Source: Gammaproteobacteria bacterium (GTDB lineage: Bacteria > Pseudomonadota > Gammaproteobacteria > UBA4575). From it: DNA of 64,000 nucleotides. This document shows positions 10,596 to 20,034 of the stretch, piece after piece. Where the stretch lies: assembly GCA_965221955.1 (NCBI GenBank), contig CBDCTA010000029.1:416001-480000 (forward strand). The letters are read 5' to 3'. Both the position numbers and the translations under genes were made by a program. A model generated the notes under the pieces. That model was not told the DNA's origin, ran no database searches, and saw nothing but the letters and a program-made list of their open reading frames with translations. How positions within the stretch are numbered: position 1 is the stretch's first letter; each line of letters starts with the position of its first letter.

Positions 10596-11873
10596 TTATT
10601 TATTGTTTTGATGGACGCAACTCATTTTCATGCCATATTTGCCAATACAATAAAAAATGAAAAACTTAAGAAATAAAGCAGCAGATAATATAATATGGAT
10701 ATGCAGTGTATTGCGGCCATAAAAATATATTAAAACAGACAAAACAGATAACAATGTAAGTACTGATATCATAGAAAAAAGACGCAACTTCAAGTCAAAT
10801 GAGGTATGTAAAGCTTGATAAAAGCCCAAAAAGAGTGATGCGCACTGACTAAATCCAATAATAATCATATATAACATCAGACCAGAATAGGAATCAGGTA
10901 GAATATATTCTGTTATATATGCGTAAACAATGGTTAGAATGAGAATAGCTAACCCATACATTCTTAAACTTCTAGACGCTTCTGTTATTTTCTTTCGTAA
11001 TTCAAAATGATCACCGTTTGCTAACAATTTTAAAACTACAGGTGTGTTTTGAGCGATTATCGCAGATCGGGCTGCTTGAAAGGGCACAATCACTTTAAGT
11101 GAAATTGCTAACACCGCTGCTTCTTTTAGTGCTCCCATGCCGCGTAAAAATGGAATTATCCCGCTATGAAATAAAGACACAAGTAAAGTCAAAATTACGT
11201 AGGATAAATGATCATAATGTGTACTAATTACATCACGCGCTTTAATCTCTGCTGCTTCAAATTGAAATTTTTTGCTATTAATTCCTTTAAACTCTAATTG
11301 GATTAGGATAAACGATAATGTGCTAGACAGAATTAGTGCCATGGTGACAAATATTAAAACAATATTAAGATTTAGTGGGAAGATTGCATAGAGAATAATT
11401 GTAGTTAAATGTGGTAAAACACCTCCTACTAAAATCGACCATCTCTGAATCTCAATACTTTTTAGAACTGTTTCTCCAAACCGTAGTAACGACGTCAACA
11501 ATGAGATTACTATCACGAATATGATTTCGTTATTCAGTAAGTTTGTAAAGCTTAAAAGTATGCCCAAAGCAAGCATGAAAACGCTTGAAAATAGTACTAT
11601 TCTTGTATAGTGCCATATCAAGAATTTCTTTTGCCCCTTACTTTGTAAACGAGGGACATTCCGCATACTAAGGCCAGAGCATCCTAGCCCTAAAATAACA
11701 GCTATAATGGAAGCCAGTGCGAGTACAGAAGCATAAATTCCAAACTGACTAACACTTAATTTGTTCGCAAGAATAATTATATTCAAGTACGCTAGCAATA
11801 TGCCCAATATGCGAAGCGCGAATATCTGAAATCCTAAATCAAAATGACTTAGTATTTGTTTAGAAAAAATCAC
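10596..11873 (-). CDS. Wzx-type oligosaccharide flippase (MOP superfamily)
   Basis: About 12 hydrophobic segments; N-terminal LANKLSVSQFGIY..LGLG pattern typical of Wzx; lies in a glycan cluster. Confidence 0.8.
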   Translation of the reverse strand: MIFSKQILSHFDLGFQIFALRILGILLAYLNIIILANKLSVSQFGIYASVLALASIIAVILGLGCSGLSMRNVPRLQSKGQKKFLIWHYTRIVLFSSVFMLALGILLSFTNLLNNEIIFVIVISLLTSLLRFGETVLKSIEIQRWSILVGGVLPHLTTIILYAIFPLNLNIVLIFVTMALILSSTLSFILIQLEFKGINSKKFQFEAAEIKARDVISTHYDHLSYVILTLLVSLFHSGIIPFLRGMGALKEAAVLAISLKVIVPFQAARSAIIAQNTPVVLKLLANGDHFELRKKITEASRSLRMYGLAILILTIVYAYITEYILPDSYSGLMLYMIIIGFSQCASLFLGFYQALHTSFDLKLRLFSMISVLTLLSVLSVLIYFYGRNTLHIHIILSAALFLKFFIFYCIGKYGMKMSCVHQNNK

Positions 11874-13258
11874 ACAGACACTTCTATTCCATATTCAGTT
11901 ACATTAATATTATATTTAGCATAAAGAAGTTCATTTAAATATCGATCATTTTTATTGATAAATTCTCTGACTAAGTCGTCGACTTCAGATTTTGTAAACC
12001 CTTCATCACTTCCATAAAAGTTATCTGTTATATAATCTATTTTCTCGTTTGTTACAAAGCCGTTATTGTGCAAATAAAAAAGTACACTAGCTAATAATCT
12101 TTTCAATAAAAATATATAAGATGTTTTTTTAACTTTTATATTATCTATCAATAAATTTGACCAGCCTCCTTCGCTTCTTTCAAGAATATGACATAATGCA
12201 AAGTACGTTCTAGGGATAGACATACCAAGATGAGTTGAAAACAATACTCTCATACCTTTTTCAACTTGTTCCGTTTGTTGCGCGAAGACGTTATTTTGAA
12301 TCGCGTCAAAGTTTTTAATAAATTTTTCAGGTTTTATAAAGTTGTAATATTTATAATGCTCGCGCCAATGGCCAGTATAATCATCTATTAGGTCCAGGCA
12401 ATAAACTCTTTTGCCGGCTAAAACACTTTCAAAAAAAGATGTAGAAAGAAACTGTGCTACAACATCTGTACCTGCTATTATTTCTGAGAAAGGCTCATGC
12501 TGACTGATTTGAACATTATTAAACTCCAAAAGTTTCGAGTAGGCCTCTACCGGTTCACCAGGATGTAACCTAACTATAATGTTACATGTCGGGTGATTCT
12601 TAGCAACCGACTCAATTACATAATAGAACTTTTTAAATGCTTCAGAATAAAACTCTCTTAACCTAAAATTTTTGTCATATTTGTAAACTTTAAGAATACT
12701 TTTGTATTCAGCATCTTGCATATTCGCTAGTGTGAAATCTGATACAAAAACAATTTTATTTTTTTGTTCTTCGCGACAACTAGTTGAGGATCTTTCAGAA
12801 TGTGTCAATAAATCGAATTTAGGGCATCCAGTTATATATATGCGATTAGGATTAATTTTAGCCTTATTAACTAGTAATTCGGCAAGATTTCTACCCCAAA
12901 CTATGTGAAAATCAATGTCTCTATTATATTTGCTTAAAGCGTTTAAATTTAACTTCTCGTTATAAAATCGTTTATCAAACAGCTGCTCACTATGCCACTT
13001 TACAAGCTTGGCTTTGCTATAATATTTCCAAGCTAAAGTGTAATGTGTTCTATTGCTATTATATGAAGGTGTTACAAGTATATTAGATTTTTTTTTAATT
13101 GTTTTAATAAATTCACTCTTGCCATTAAGCCATACAGGATCTTGATAAGTCGGGTGTAATTCAATCCCACCATTTTTTTCAAACAAAGACTTCAAAATTA
13201 TAATGTAAGGTAATTCTCGAAGTTTTGTATCTATTTGTATAGTAATATTTTTTTTCAT
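11870..13258 (-). CDS. Surface carbohydrate biosynthesis protein, GT-B-like; candidate nonulosonate transferase (ORF is open to 13285)
   Basis: N-terminal IQIDTKLREL, ITGCPKFDLL and IVRLHPGE motifs; lies directly downstream of pseI. Confidence 0.6.
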   Translation of the reverse strand: MKKNITIQIDTKLRELPYIIILKSLFEKNGGIELHPTYQDPVWLNGKSEFIKTIKKKSNILVTPSYNSNRTHYTLAWKYYSKAKLVKWHSEQLFDKRFYNEKLNLNALSKYNRDIDFHIVWGRNLAELLVNKAKINPNRIYITGCPKFDLLTHSERSSTSCREEQKNKIVFVSDFTLANMQDAEYKSILKVYKYDKNFRLREFYSEAFKKFYYVIESVAKNHPTCNIIVRLHPGEPVEAYSKLLEFNNVQISQHEPFSEIIAGTDVVAQFLSTSFFESVLAGKRVYCLDLIDDYTGHWREHYKYYNFIKPEKFIKNFDAIQNNVFAQQTEQVEKGMRVLFSTHLGMSIPRTYFALCHILERSEGGWSNLLIDNIKVKKTSYIFLLKRLLASVLFYLHNNGFVTNEKIDYITDNFYGSDEGFTKSEVDDLVREFINKNDRYLNELLYAKYNINVTEYGIEVSV

Positions 13259-13373
13259 AATTCTTTTATAGAATTTAATATTCAAACACTGAAGAAGCTT
13301 TTCTGATTTTTGTCAGTAAAATATTTTTAAGTTTAATTGATCTAAATTCTTAGGCTGCTTAGTCAAACAGTTG

Positions 13374-14441
13374 CTACTGATCGTTTGCTATGTATGCCAA
13401 TTTCATTGGCGTGCCCATTTTTAGCTCACAATTAACTTTTTTCCCAATTAGCTCATTATAGTATTTAGGAGAAAGCCCGAACCCTGGCCGAATACATTTC
13501 ATGTTATCAGAGGTTAATATGCTGCCTTTATCAATATTCTTTACAATGTATATCGATCTTCGAAAATTCAAAGAGGCTTTTTCTGACTCTATCGGGCCAT
13601 ATGTCACCTTTCCTAGGGATTGAAAAGTATGATCAATCTCTTCGCATAATAGCTTGAATGTTTTCTCGTTAGCTGAAAATGCACCATCTACGCTTTCATT
13701 ATTCATAGACAAACTTAAGTGCTTTTCAATTACAACTGCTCCCAATGCAATACTTGCTATTGAAGCAGTTGTTCCTATGGTATGATCGGAATACCCTACC
13801 AAACACTTATATTTGTGTTTTAAATCATTTATTGTAATAAGATTTAAATCTATGTGTTCAGCAGGGTATTTACTTGTACATTTAAGTAAAACTAAATCAT
13901 TACATCCGTTGTCTCTTGCGCATTCCACGGCATCTGTAATTTCGCTCTCATCAGCCAGCCCTGTAGAAATAAATAGCGGTTTTTTTGTTTTTGCTACTTT
14001 CTCAATTAAAGGTAAATCTACATTCTCAAATGATGCGATTTTATAGCAAGGTACATCTTGGTTTTCCAAAAATTCAACTGCAGACTCATCAAAAGGGCTG
14101 CTGAACGCTATCAATCCTAAATTTTTTGCATAATCAAAGATTTCTTTATGCCAATCCCATGGGATAGATGCTTTCTTATATAAATCATATAAGTACTCTC
14201 CACGCCATAAACTTTCCTGTGAGGTAATTTTAAAATCATCTTTTTTAATGTTTAATGTCATTGTATCGGGTGTATAAGTTTGCAGTTTAATGGCTGATGC
14301 ACCGGATTTAGCCGCGGCATCTACTATTTTTAATGCGATGTCTAGAGATTGGTTGTGATTTCCCGACATCTCTGCAATTACAAAAGGCTCGCAACCCTCG
14401 CCAATAGTTTTATCTTCAATTTGTATCGATCTGATTTTCAA
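13374..14441 (-). CDS. pseI: Pseudaminic acid synthase
   Basis: IAEMSGNHNQS, KLQTYTPDTMT, YKIASFE, LLKCTSKYPA, GYSDHT; C-terminal SAF domain (FRRSIY, IRPGFGL). Confidence 0.93.
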   Translation of the reverse strand: MKIRSIQIEDKTIGEGCEPFVIAEMSGNHNQSLDIALKIVDAAAKSGASAIKLQTYTPDTMTLNIKKDDFKITSQESLWRGEYLYDLYKKASIPWDWHKEIFDYAKNLGLIAFSSPFDESAVEFLENQDVPCYKIASFENVDLPLIEKVAKTKKPLFISTGLADESEITDAVECARDNGCNDLVLLKCTSKYPAEHIDLNLITINDLKHKYKCLVGYSDHTIGTTASIASIALGAVVIEKHLSLSMNNESVDGAFSANEKTFKLLCEEIDHTFQSLGKVTYGPIESEKASLNFRRSIYIVKNIDKGSILTSDNMKCIRPGFGLSPKYYNELIGKKVNCELKMGTPMKLAYIANDQ

Positions 14442-14444
14442 AAT

Positions 14445-16010
14445 TTAGTCATAAATTGTGTTAAAAATGTAGACATCTCGATTCTTATCAAACTTAAATC
14501 CAGTTTTTTGAAATAATCGATGTGAAACTTTATTATCTTCGAGGACAGTGGCAATTAAGGATTCGTTTCGGTGAATATATTTTAATAGATTTATAGCTAT
14601 TTTACCCAAGCCACGACTTCTCATTGAGGGAGCAATTGCAATAGAAATTTCAAACTCTAACTCTTTAGATTCTAGCTGATCAAGTCTTATATAACCGGCT
14701 GGTTTAGAGTTGCAGATAATTATGTAAAATACACATTTTGTGTCTGCTATTTTCGACTCAAACCAAATTGCATGTTCATCCCACGTTGGTGTTTCTGTGT
14801 TTCTGGAATACTGACGTGTTGTGTTATTAGATTGCCATTCGTAAAGCATACGAGCATCATCTTCGTTTACCAATCTAAGATAAACTTCTTCTTCAGTTTT
14901 CAGAGTTGCTGGTGAAATTCTTTGCGCAACTCTATATATACCATTACCGTCAGTTATATTAAAACAATTTTCAACAAGTGAGTTATATCTTGATCTATCA
15001 TCAATTAGACTTTTTAATGAAGAATGTAGATTCTTCATATAGTCACAATCTGTGCGTCCTAAATTTATTACAGCTCCGTATTTCTCTAATTTTTCAGCTG
15101 TTTTTATTTGATTATCTGCTGCCACTATTAACAATGTTGGGAGTCCAAGACAACATCGCTCTATAGCAGTAGTTCCTGCTGCACCGATACATAAGTCACT
15201 TTCTGTCATAAGTTGAGCCATATTCTCAATGTTGACTAAAACATCTGTTTGCCATTTCATCTGTGCAGCTTGTTTTTTTACAGCTTCAATCCAAGGCGCG
15301 TGTTCTCCCATAACAATAACAATTCGGCAATCTTGCGGTAAGATACAGTCTTGTAAATTATTTAGAATACACTCTGTTATATTATCCTTGTCGACACCAC
15401 CCAAAGTAATTAACAATTTCTTAAGTTTTAGAGTTTTTCGTCGCTTAGAGTTGTGTTTTCTTAACTGAACAAACTCAGGACGTAACAAAGCGTATTGTGA
15501 GCCTGTCAAAAGTGTACACCGTGTCGATGTAAGGTTTTTGTAATCCTTTTTTGACCGTCCTAATGTTTGATCAAGCAGCAAATCACAGACATGGGCTCGA
15601 TTAGCTAAATCATCAATGACCATCATTTGTTTGCAGTAAGGGTGGAGTATTTGTTCCCAGACTTTATCTAATGCGTAGTGATCCACAATAATCCAATCAA
15701 TGGGATTTGCTGAGATTTTTTTTACTATATTTAGCGTTTCATTGGCATCTGTGTGTATGTTAGTGCCTAACCAATGTTGATAATCAATTGGCTCAATATG
15801 TACGCCATCAATATTTTGTTCTTTGAGTGGCAAGCGATGTGTTTCATATCCCCTTTGTTCAATATAGTCCGCTATATTTCCCTCATGAAAACGGGTTATG
15901 AAATAGCAGTTGACTCCCTGTTCACTCAATGAATCGGCTAATGTTAAGCACCGCATAACATGACCACTACCTATCTGGATGGATGCATCACACCGAAATA
16001 CAACTAACAC
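14445..16010 (-). CDS. pseG: UDP-2,4-diacetamido-2,4,6-trideoxy-beta-L-altropyranose hydrolase PseG fused to a C-terminal PseH-like GNAT acetyltransferase
   Basis: FRCDASIQIGSGHVMRCLTLA, IVDHY, IDDLANR, IGAAGT..ERCCLGLP; C-terminal GNAT (LYEWQSN..EHAIWF..RSRGLGK..SHRLFQKTGF). Confidence 0.9.
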   Translation of the reverse strand: MLVVFRCDASIQIGSGHVMRCLTLADSLSEQGVNCYFITRFHEGNIADYIEQRGYETHRLPLKEQNIDGVHIEPIDYQHWLGTNIHTDANETLNIVKKISANPIDWIIVDHYALDKVWEQILHPYCKQMMVIDDLANRAHVCDLLLDQTLGRSKKDYKNLTSTRCTLLTGSQYALLRPEFVQLRKHNSKRRKTLKLKKLLITLGGVDKDNITECILNNLQDCILPQDCRIVIVMGEHAPWIEAVKKQAAQMKWQTDVLVNIENMAQLMTESDLCIGAAGTTAIERCCLGLPTLLIVAADNQIKTAEKLEKYGAVINLGRTDCDYMKNLHSSLKSLIDDRSRYNSLVENCFNITDGNGIYRVAQRISPATLKTEEEVYLRLVNEDDARMLYEWQSNNTTRQYSRNTETPTWDEHAIWFESKIADTKCVFYIIICNSKPAGYIRLDQLESKELEFEISIAIAPSMRSRGLGKIAINLLKYIHRNESLIATVLEDNKVSHRLFQKTGFKFDKNRDVYIFNTIYD

Positions 16011-16012
16011 TT

Positions 16013-16702
16013 TTATACAGGTTCGCTAAATTTTTCTAAAAAAATTGATTGTGCCTTTTGATAATCTCCTACGTCATCTATATCTATCTGGAAATTTTTA
16101 TGGACTTTTAGGCGGTTACCATAAAATGTTTTTTCTGTTAAGAATGAATTTCGACGAGCCCAATAAAAGCTACCATTACTAACTGTAAAATCAGGAAGTT
16201 CTTGTGATTTCTTGGTTTGAAATTCAGGCCACATACTCTTCCAGTATGTGCCATCTTGAATTAATGCTTTAGAAGGGGGGTAATTATATGGTGAGACACC
16301 CATTACAAAATCAGCAATAGGCTGCGAATTCATTTTTTTATAAGAAGCAATTAGCGTTTCGTTGTTAAGAAATAGTGCTGTAGCGTATATACAGCAAAAG
16401 GTGTCAATATTCTCATATTCTTTAGTTGTTAATATTTGAGTGCACACCTCAACAACTGAGGAATGATCTTGGGCAAGTTCTATTGGTCTGTTGAGAATAT
16501 GCACAGAGTATCTCGATGTTATCTCTGCAATCTCATGATCTTCGGTTGAAACGATAATTTCACTGAAAAGGTTGCTTTTTTGGGCAGCTTCTATTGGGTA
16601 AGCTATCATAGGCTTACCCATTACCGGAAGTATGTTTTTCCTTGGTAATCTTTTTGAACCACCTCTTGCAGGTATAATTGCAATTGGTTTTTTTTCTTCC
16701 AT
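16013..16702 (-). CDS. pseF: CMP-nonulosonate (pseudaminic acid) cytidylyltransferase
   Basis: AIIPARGGSKRLPRKNI, VSTED, CCIYATA, DIDD; lies in the pse cluster. Confidence 0.88.
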   Translation of the reverse strand: MEEKKPIAIIPARGGSKRLPRKNILPVMGKPMIAYPIEAAQKSNLFSEIIVSTEDHEIAEITSRYSVHILNRPIELAQDHSSVVEVCTQILTTKEYENIDTFCCIYATALFLNNETLIASYKKMNSQPIADFVMGVSPYNYPPSKALIQDGTYWKSMWPEFQTKKSQELPDFTVSNGSFYWARRNSFLTEKTFYGNRLKVHKNFQIDIDDVGDYQKAQSIFLEKFSEPV

Positions 16703-16707
16703 ATCGG

Positions 16708-17769
16708 TTAGCTTATGTCTTTTATGCGTAACATGTGCCCAGCTGGAAGATTTTTGTTTAATTTTAACATTCTAACGGTTTCAAATTGATCAGGTGTTAT
16801 ACCAAAGCCTGGTCGCCTAAATTCGATATCACATTCATTGAGACATTTACCAGCATTTGAGTTGTTAACCAAGAAAGCACTGCGTCTTAACGCATCACGT
16901 TTTTTCTTCTCTTCTGAATGTAAAACTCTTCTGTATGTGCCCAATGCAATTTCAACTTCACGTATAGTCTGAATAAAGTTAGGCATTTCTTCAGGTTCTA
17001 TAGACATAATATGTTCAACACTGCGCGTTGTTCTATCTTCTGTAATCGTTTTTTCTATGAGATTTGCTCCTAATGCAACTGCTGCAATATCCATTTCATT
17101 ACCGGGTGTATGATCTGAGAATGCAACAGGATAAGGAAACATTTTTTTTAATGTAGAAATAGTATTTAGGTTAATGCTTTCGATTCTTGCGGGGTAACCT
17201 GATGGGCATTGATGTATAATAATATTTTCGTTATTTTCTTCTCTAATCACGTCTATAGCTGCTTCTATTTCCCCGATAGAAGCCATTCCCGTGTCAAGCT
17301 GAATACACATTCCTGTCCTTGCTGCACGTCTTATTAGAGGAAAATGATTCACATCGGAAGATGCAATTTTTATAGAATGACATTGCAAATCGACGAGAAA
17401 ATCTATTTCATCGTCAAACCCAATTGTTGCAAAAAAAGCCATACCTAAGTTATCGCTATATTTTTTTACTTCTTTCCATTCTGCATTTTCTAGGTAGCGT
17501 CTTTTTAAAATATCATAAAGCGGTTCCTCTATTGTTTCCATTTCCCCCGTTGTTTTGTCCTTTAGAACATCATAGGAAAACAGCTGTTTTTTATCTGAAA
17601 CTAATCTATCGGGATCTAATATTTGAACTTTAACTGCATCTGCGCCTGCTTCAGCGGCATATTTAATTAACCTCTTAGCTGAATCAATACCACTATGAGT
17701 TGGGCCAATTTCAAAAGTAATGAAACAAGGAGCATCATCTCCTATTTTTTTTTGCCCTATGTGAAACAT
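16708..17769 (-). CDS. Second NeuB-family nonulosonic acid synthase (divergent)
   Basis: AGADAVKVQ, IKIASSD, HQCPSGYPA, FSDHT, IEKTIT and SAF domain (RRPGFGI); EIGPTHSG replaces the usual ExxxNHNG. Confidence 0.88.
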   Translation of the reverse strand: MFHIGQKKIGDDAPCFITFEIGPTHSGIDSAKRLIKYAAEAGADAVKVQILDPDRLVSDKKQLFSYDVLKDKTTGEMETIEEPLYDILKRRYLENAEWKEVKKYSDNLGMAFFATIGFDDEIDFLVDLQCHSIKIASSDVNHFPLIRRAARTGMCIQLDTGMASIGEIEAAIDVIREENNENIIIHQCPSGYPARIESINLNTISTLKKMFPYPVAFSDHTPGNEMDIAAVALGANLIEKTITEDRTTRSVEHIMSIEPEEMPNFIQTIREVEIALGTYRRVLHSEEKKKRDALRRSAFLVNNSNAGKCLNECDIEFRRPGFGITPDQFETVRMLKLNKNLPAGHMLRIKDIS

Positions 17770-17778
17770 TTTCTTTTA

Positions 17779-18942
17779 TTATTTAATTGAGCTAGTGATA
17801 TCTTCAATCACTTGCTCTTGGGTTTCTGTTTTTAAGCTGGGGAAAATTGGCATGCTTATGGCTTCTTGATAGTACCGTTCTGCTTCAACAAAATCACCCA
17901 CCTTAAATCCCATTTTTAAATAATAGGGCTGTGTATGTACGGGGATATAATGTATGTTCACTCCTATTCCCTGTTGGCGTAAAATATCAAATACTTGTTT
18001 TCGTGTTTTTGAGATTTGATCTAGCTTTAAGCGAATAACATATAGATGAAAACTAGAGTAACTGTCAGTATGTTGCCATGGAAGGGTTATAGGGAAGTCT
18101 TTGATTAAGTTGTTGTAGCGCTCTGCAATTTTATGTCGTGCTGCAACAAATTCGTCAATACGTTGCATTTGACTGATGCCTAATGCGGCCTGTAGATCTG
18201 TCATACGGTAGTTAAAGCCTAGATCTATTTGCTGATAATACCAATCACCATCAGGATTATGCGTCATATGCTTCGGATCTCGAGTAATGCCGTGATTACG
18301 TAGCAAAGCAAGTTTATTTGCGAGTGACTGGCAATTCGTCAAGGCCATTCCGCCTTCTGCAGTTGTGATAATTTTAACTGGATGAAAGCTGAAAATTGTA
18401 ATGTCACTATAGCGACAGTTACCAATAGGCTCACCTTTATATTTTCCACCAATTGCGTGGGAAGCATCTTCAATGATACGGAATCCGTATTTTTTGCCAA
18501 GCTGATGAATTCTTTCCATTTCACACGATTGGCCACAGAAATGAACAGGAATGACAATTTTAGGTAATTTTCCAGTTTGTTTAGCAGCAGTAAGCTTGTT
18601 TTCGAGGTGCTCTATACTTATATTATATGTACGTGGGTCAATATCGATAAAATCAACAGTTGCGCCACAGAATAAGGCGCAGTTTGCGCTTGCTACAAAG
18701 GTAATTGGACTTGTCCAAACAACATCTCCCTCGCTAGCGCCTAATGCAAGACAGGCGATATGCAAAGCCGAGGTTGCACTATTCACTGCAACTGCATATC
18801 GACTGCCGCAATAGTCGCCAACTGATTGCTCGAATGCTGGTACTGCAGGCCCCTGTGTTAGGCAGTCAGATTTCAAAACATCAACAACGGCCTGAATATC
18901 AGCTTCGCTAATAGACTGGCAGCCATATGGAATAAAGCTCAT
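17779..18942 (-). CDS. pseC: UDP-4-amino-4,6-dideoxy-N-acetyl-beta-L-altrosamine transaminase
   Basis: IPYGCQSI, LTQGP, NSATSALH, EDASHA, FSFHPVKIITTAEGG (PLP Lys), GFNYRMTD. Confidence 0.95.
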   Translation of the reverse strand: MSFIPYGCQSISEADIQAVVDVLKSDCLTQGPAVPAFEQSVGDYCGSRYAVAVNSATSALHIACLALGASEGDVVWTSPITFVASANCALFCGATVDFIDIDPRTYNISIEHLENKLTAAKQTGKLPKIVIPVHFCGQSCEMERIHQLGKKYGFRIIEDASHAIGGKYKGEPIGNCRYSDITIFSFHPVKIITTAEGGMALTNCQSLANKLALLRNHGITRDPKHMTHNPDGDWYYQQIDLGFNYRMTDLQAALGISQMQRIDEFVAARHKIAERYNNLIKDFPITLPWQHTDSYSSFHLYVIRLKLDQISKTRKQVFDILRQQGIGVNIHYIPVHTQPYYLKMGFKVGDFVEAERYYQEAISMPIFPSLKTETQEQVIEDITSSIK

Positions 18943-19940
18943 CAGATATTTCCGATTTTAACTTTATTGACTTTGATCCAATTGCGTAGTGTTTCGATGT
19001 TCATCCAATCATCATTGGTGTCACTAGCATATCTAAAGCTATCAGTTACTTGGTTTCCATCTTTAATTCGCCTTGAATCTTGGCTCCAATTATTAATGTT
19101 AGGAAGAATTTTGAAGTATCTTGGGTACTCATAAGTGTAATAGGAATCTTCCGCACTTATCATTTGTTCATGTAGTTTTTCTCCAGGGCGAATTCCAATA
19201 ATTTCGTGTTTAGCATTTGGTGCAATAGCAAGTGCAATATCAATAAGTTTCATGGACGGAATCTTCTTTACATAAATTTCGCCTCCTTCCATATCATCGA
19301 ATGAGTGCCATACCAATTCCACACTTTCCTCTAAAGTAATCATGAATCGTGTCATACGCTCGTCTGTTATTGGTAAAGTCCCGGTCTCAGCAATAGAGAG
19401 AAATAAAGGTATTACTGAACCACGTGAACCCATAACATTTCCGTAACGAACGACAGCAAACTTCGTTTCTTTGCCTCCCGCATAGGAATTTCCCGCAACA
19501 AATACTTTGTCGGATGCCAGCTTAGTAGCGCCATATAGGTTGACAGGACTGCTAGCTTTATCAGTAGATAGTGCAACTACTCGCTTTACACCTTGATCTA
19601 TACAAGCATCAATCAGATTCATTGCGCCATTAATGTTAGTTTTTATGCACTCAAATGGATTGTATTCAGCAGTTGGTACAATTTTAGTTGCAGCTGCATG
19701 AACTACATAATCAACCCCATCAAGTGCACGATAAAGGCGATCTTTATCACGAACATCGCCAATGAAAAAACGTATACGATCTTCTCCTTGGAAATTTTTT
19801 GCCATTTCCCACTGTTTCATCTCATCTCGTGAATAAATGATAATTTTCTTAGGATTGTATTTAGCTAGCGTCATTGGGGTGAAAGTTTGGCCAAATGAAC
19901 CCGTACCACCCGTAACTAAAATTGTTGAGTTTGTTAGCAT
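18942..19940 (-). CDS. pseB: UDP-N-acetylglucosamine 4,6-dehydratase (inverting)
   Basis: TGGTGSFG, SRDEMKQ, LSTDKA, NLYGATKLASDK, VRYGNVMGSRGSV, GIRPGEKLHE. Confidence 0.96.
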   Translation of the reverse strand: MLTNSTILVTGGTGSFGQTFTPMTLAKYNPKKIIIYSRDEMKQWEMAKNFQGEDRIRFFIGDVRDKDRLYRALDGVDYVVHAAATKIVPTAEYNPFECIKTNINGAMNLIDACIDQGVKRVVALSTDKASSPVNLYGATKLASDKVFVAGNSYAGGKETKFAVVRYGNVMGSRGSVIPLFLSIAETGTLPITDERMTRFMITLEESVELVWHSFDDMEGGEIYVKKIPSMKLIDIALAIAPNAKHEIIGIRPGEKLHEQMISAEDSYYTYEYPRYFKILPNINNWSQDSRRIKDGNQVTDSFRYASDTNDDWMNIETLRNWIKVNKVKIGNI

Positions 19941-20034
19941 GCTTTTAAGTTTTATACGACTATTATAAAAAGTTACTTTTAATCTAGATTTGTCATACTA
20001 TCTCTTGAGATTTATTGGCTATAATAGCCTTAAT

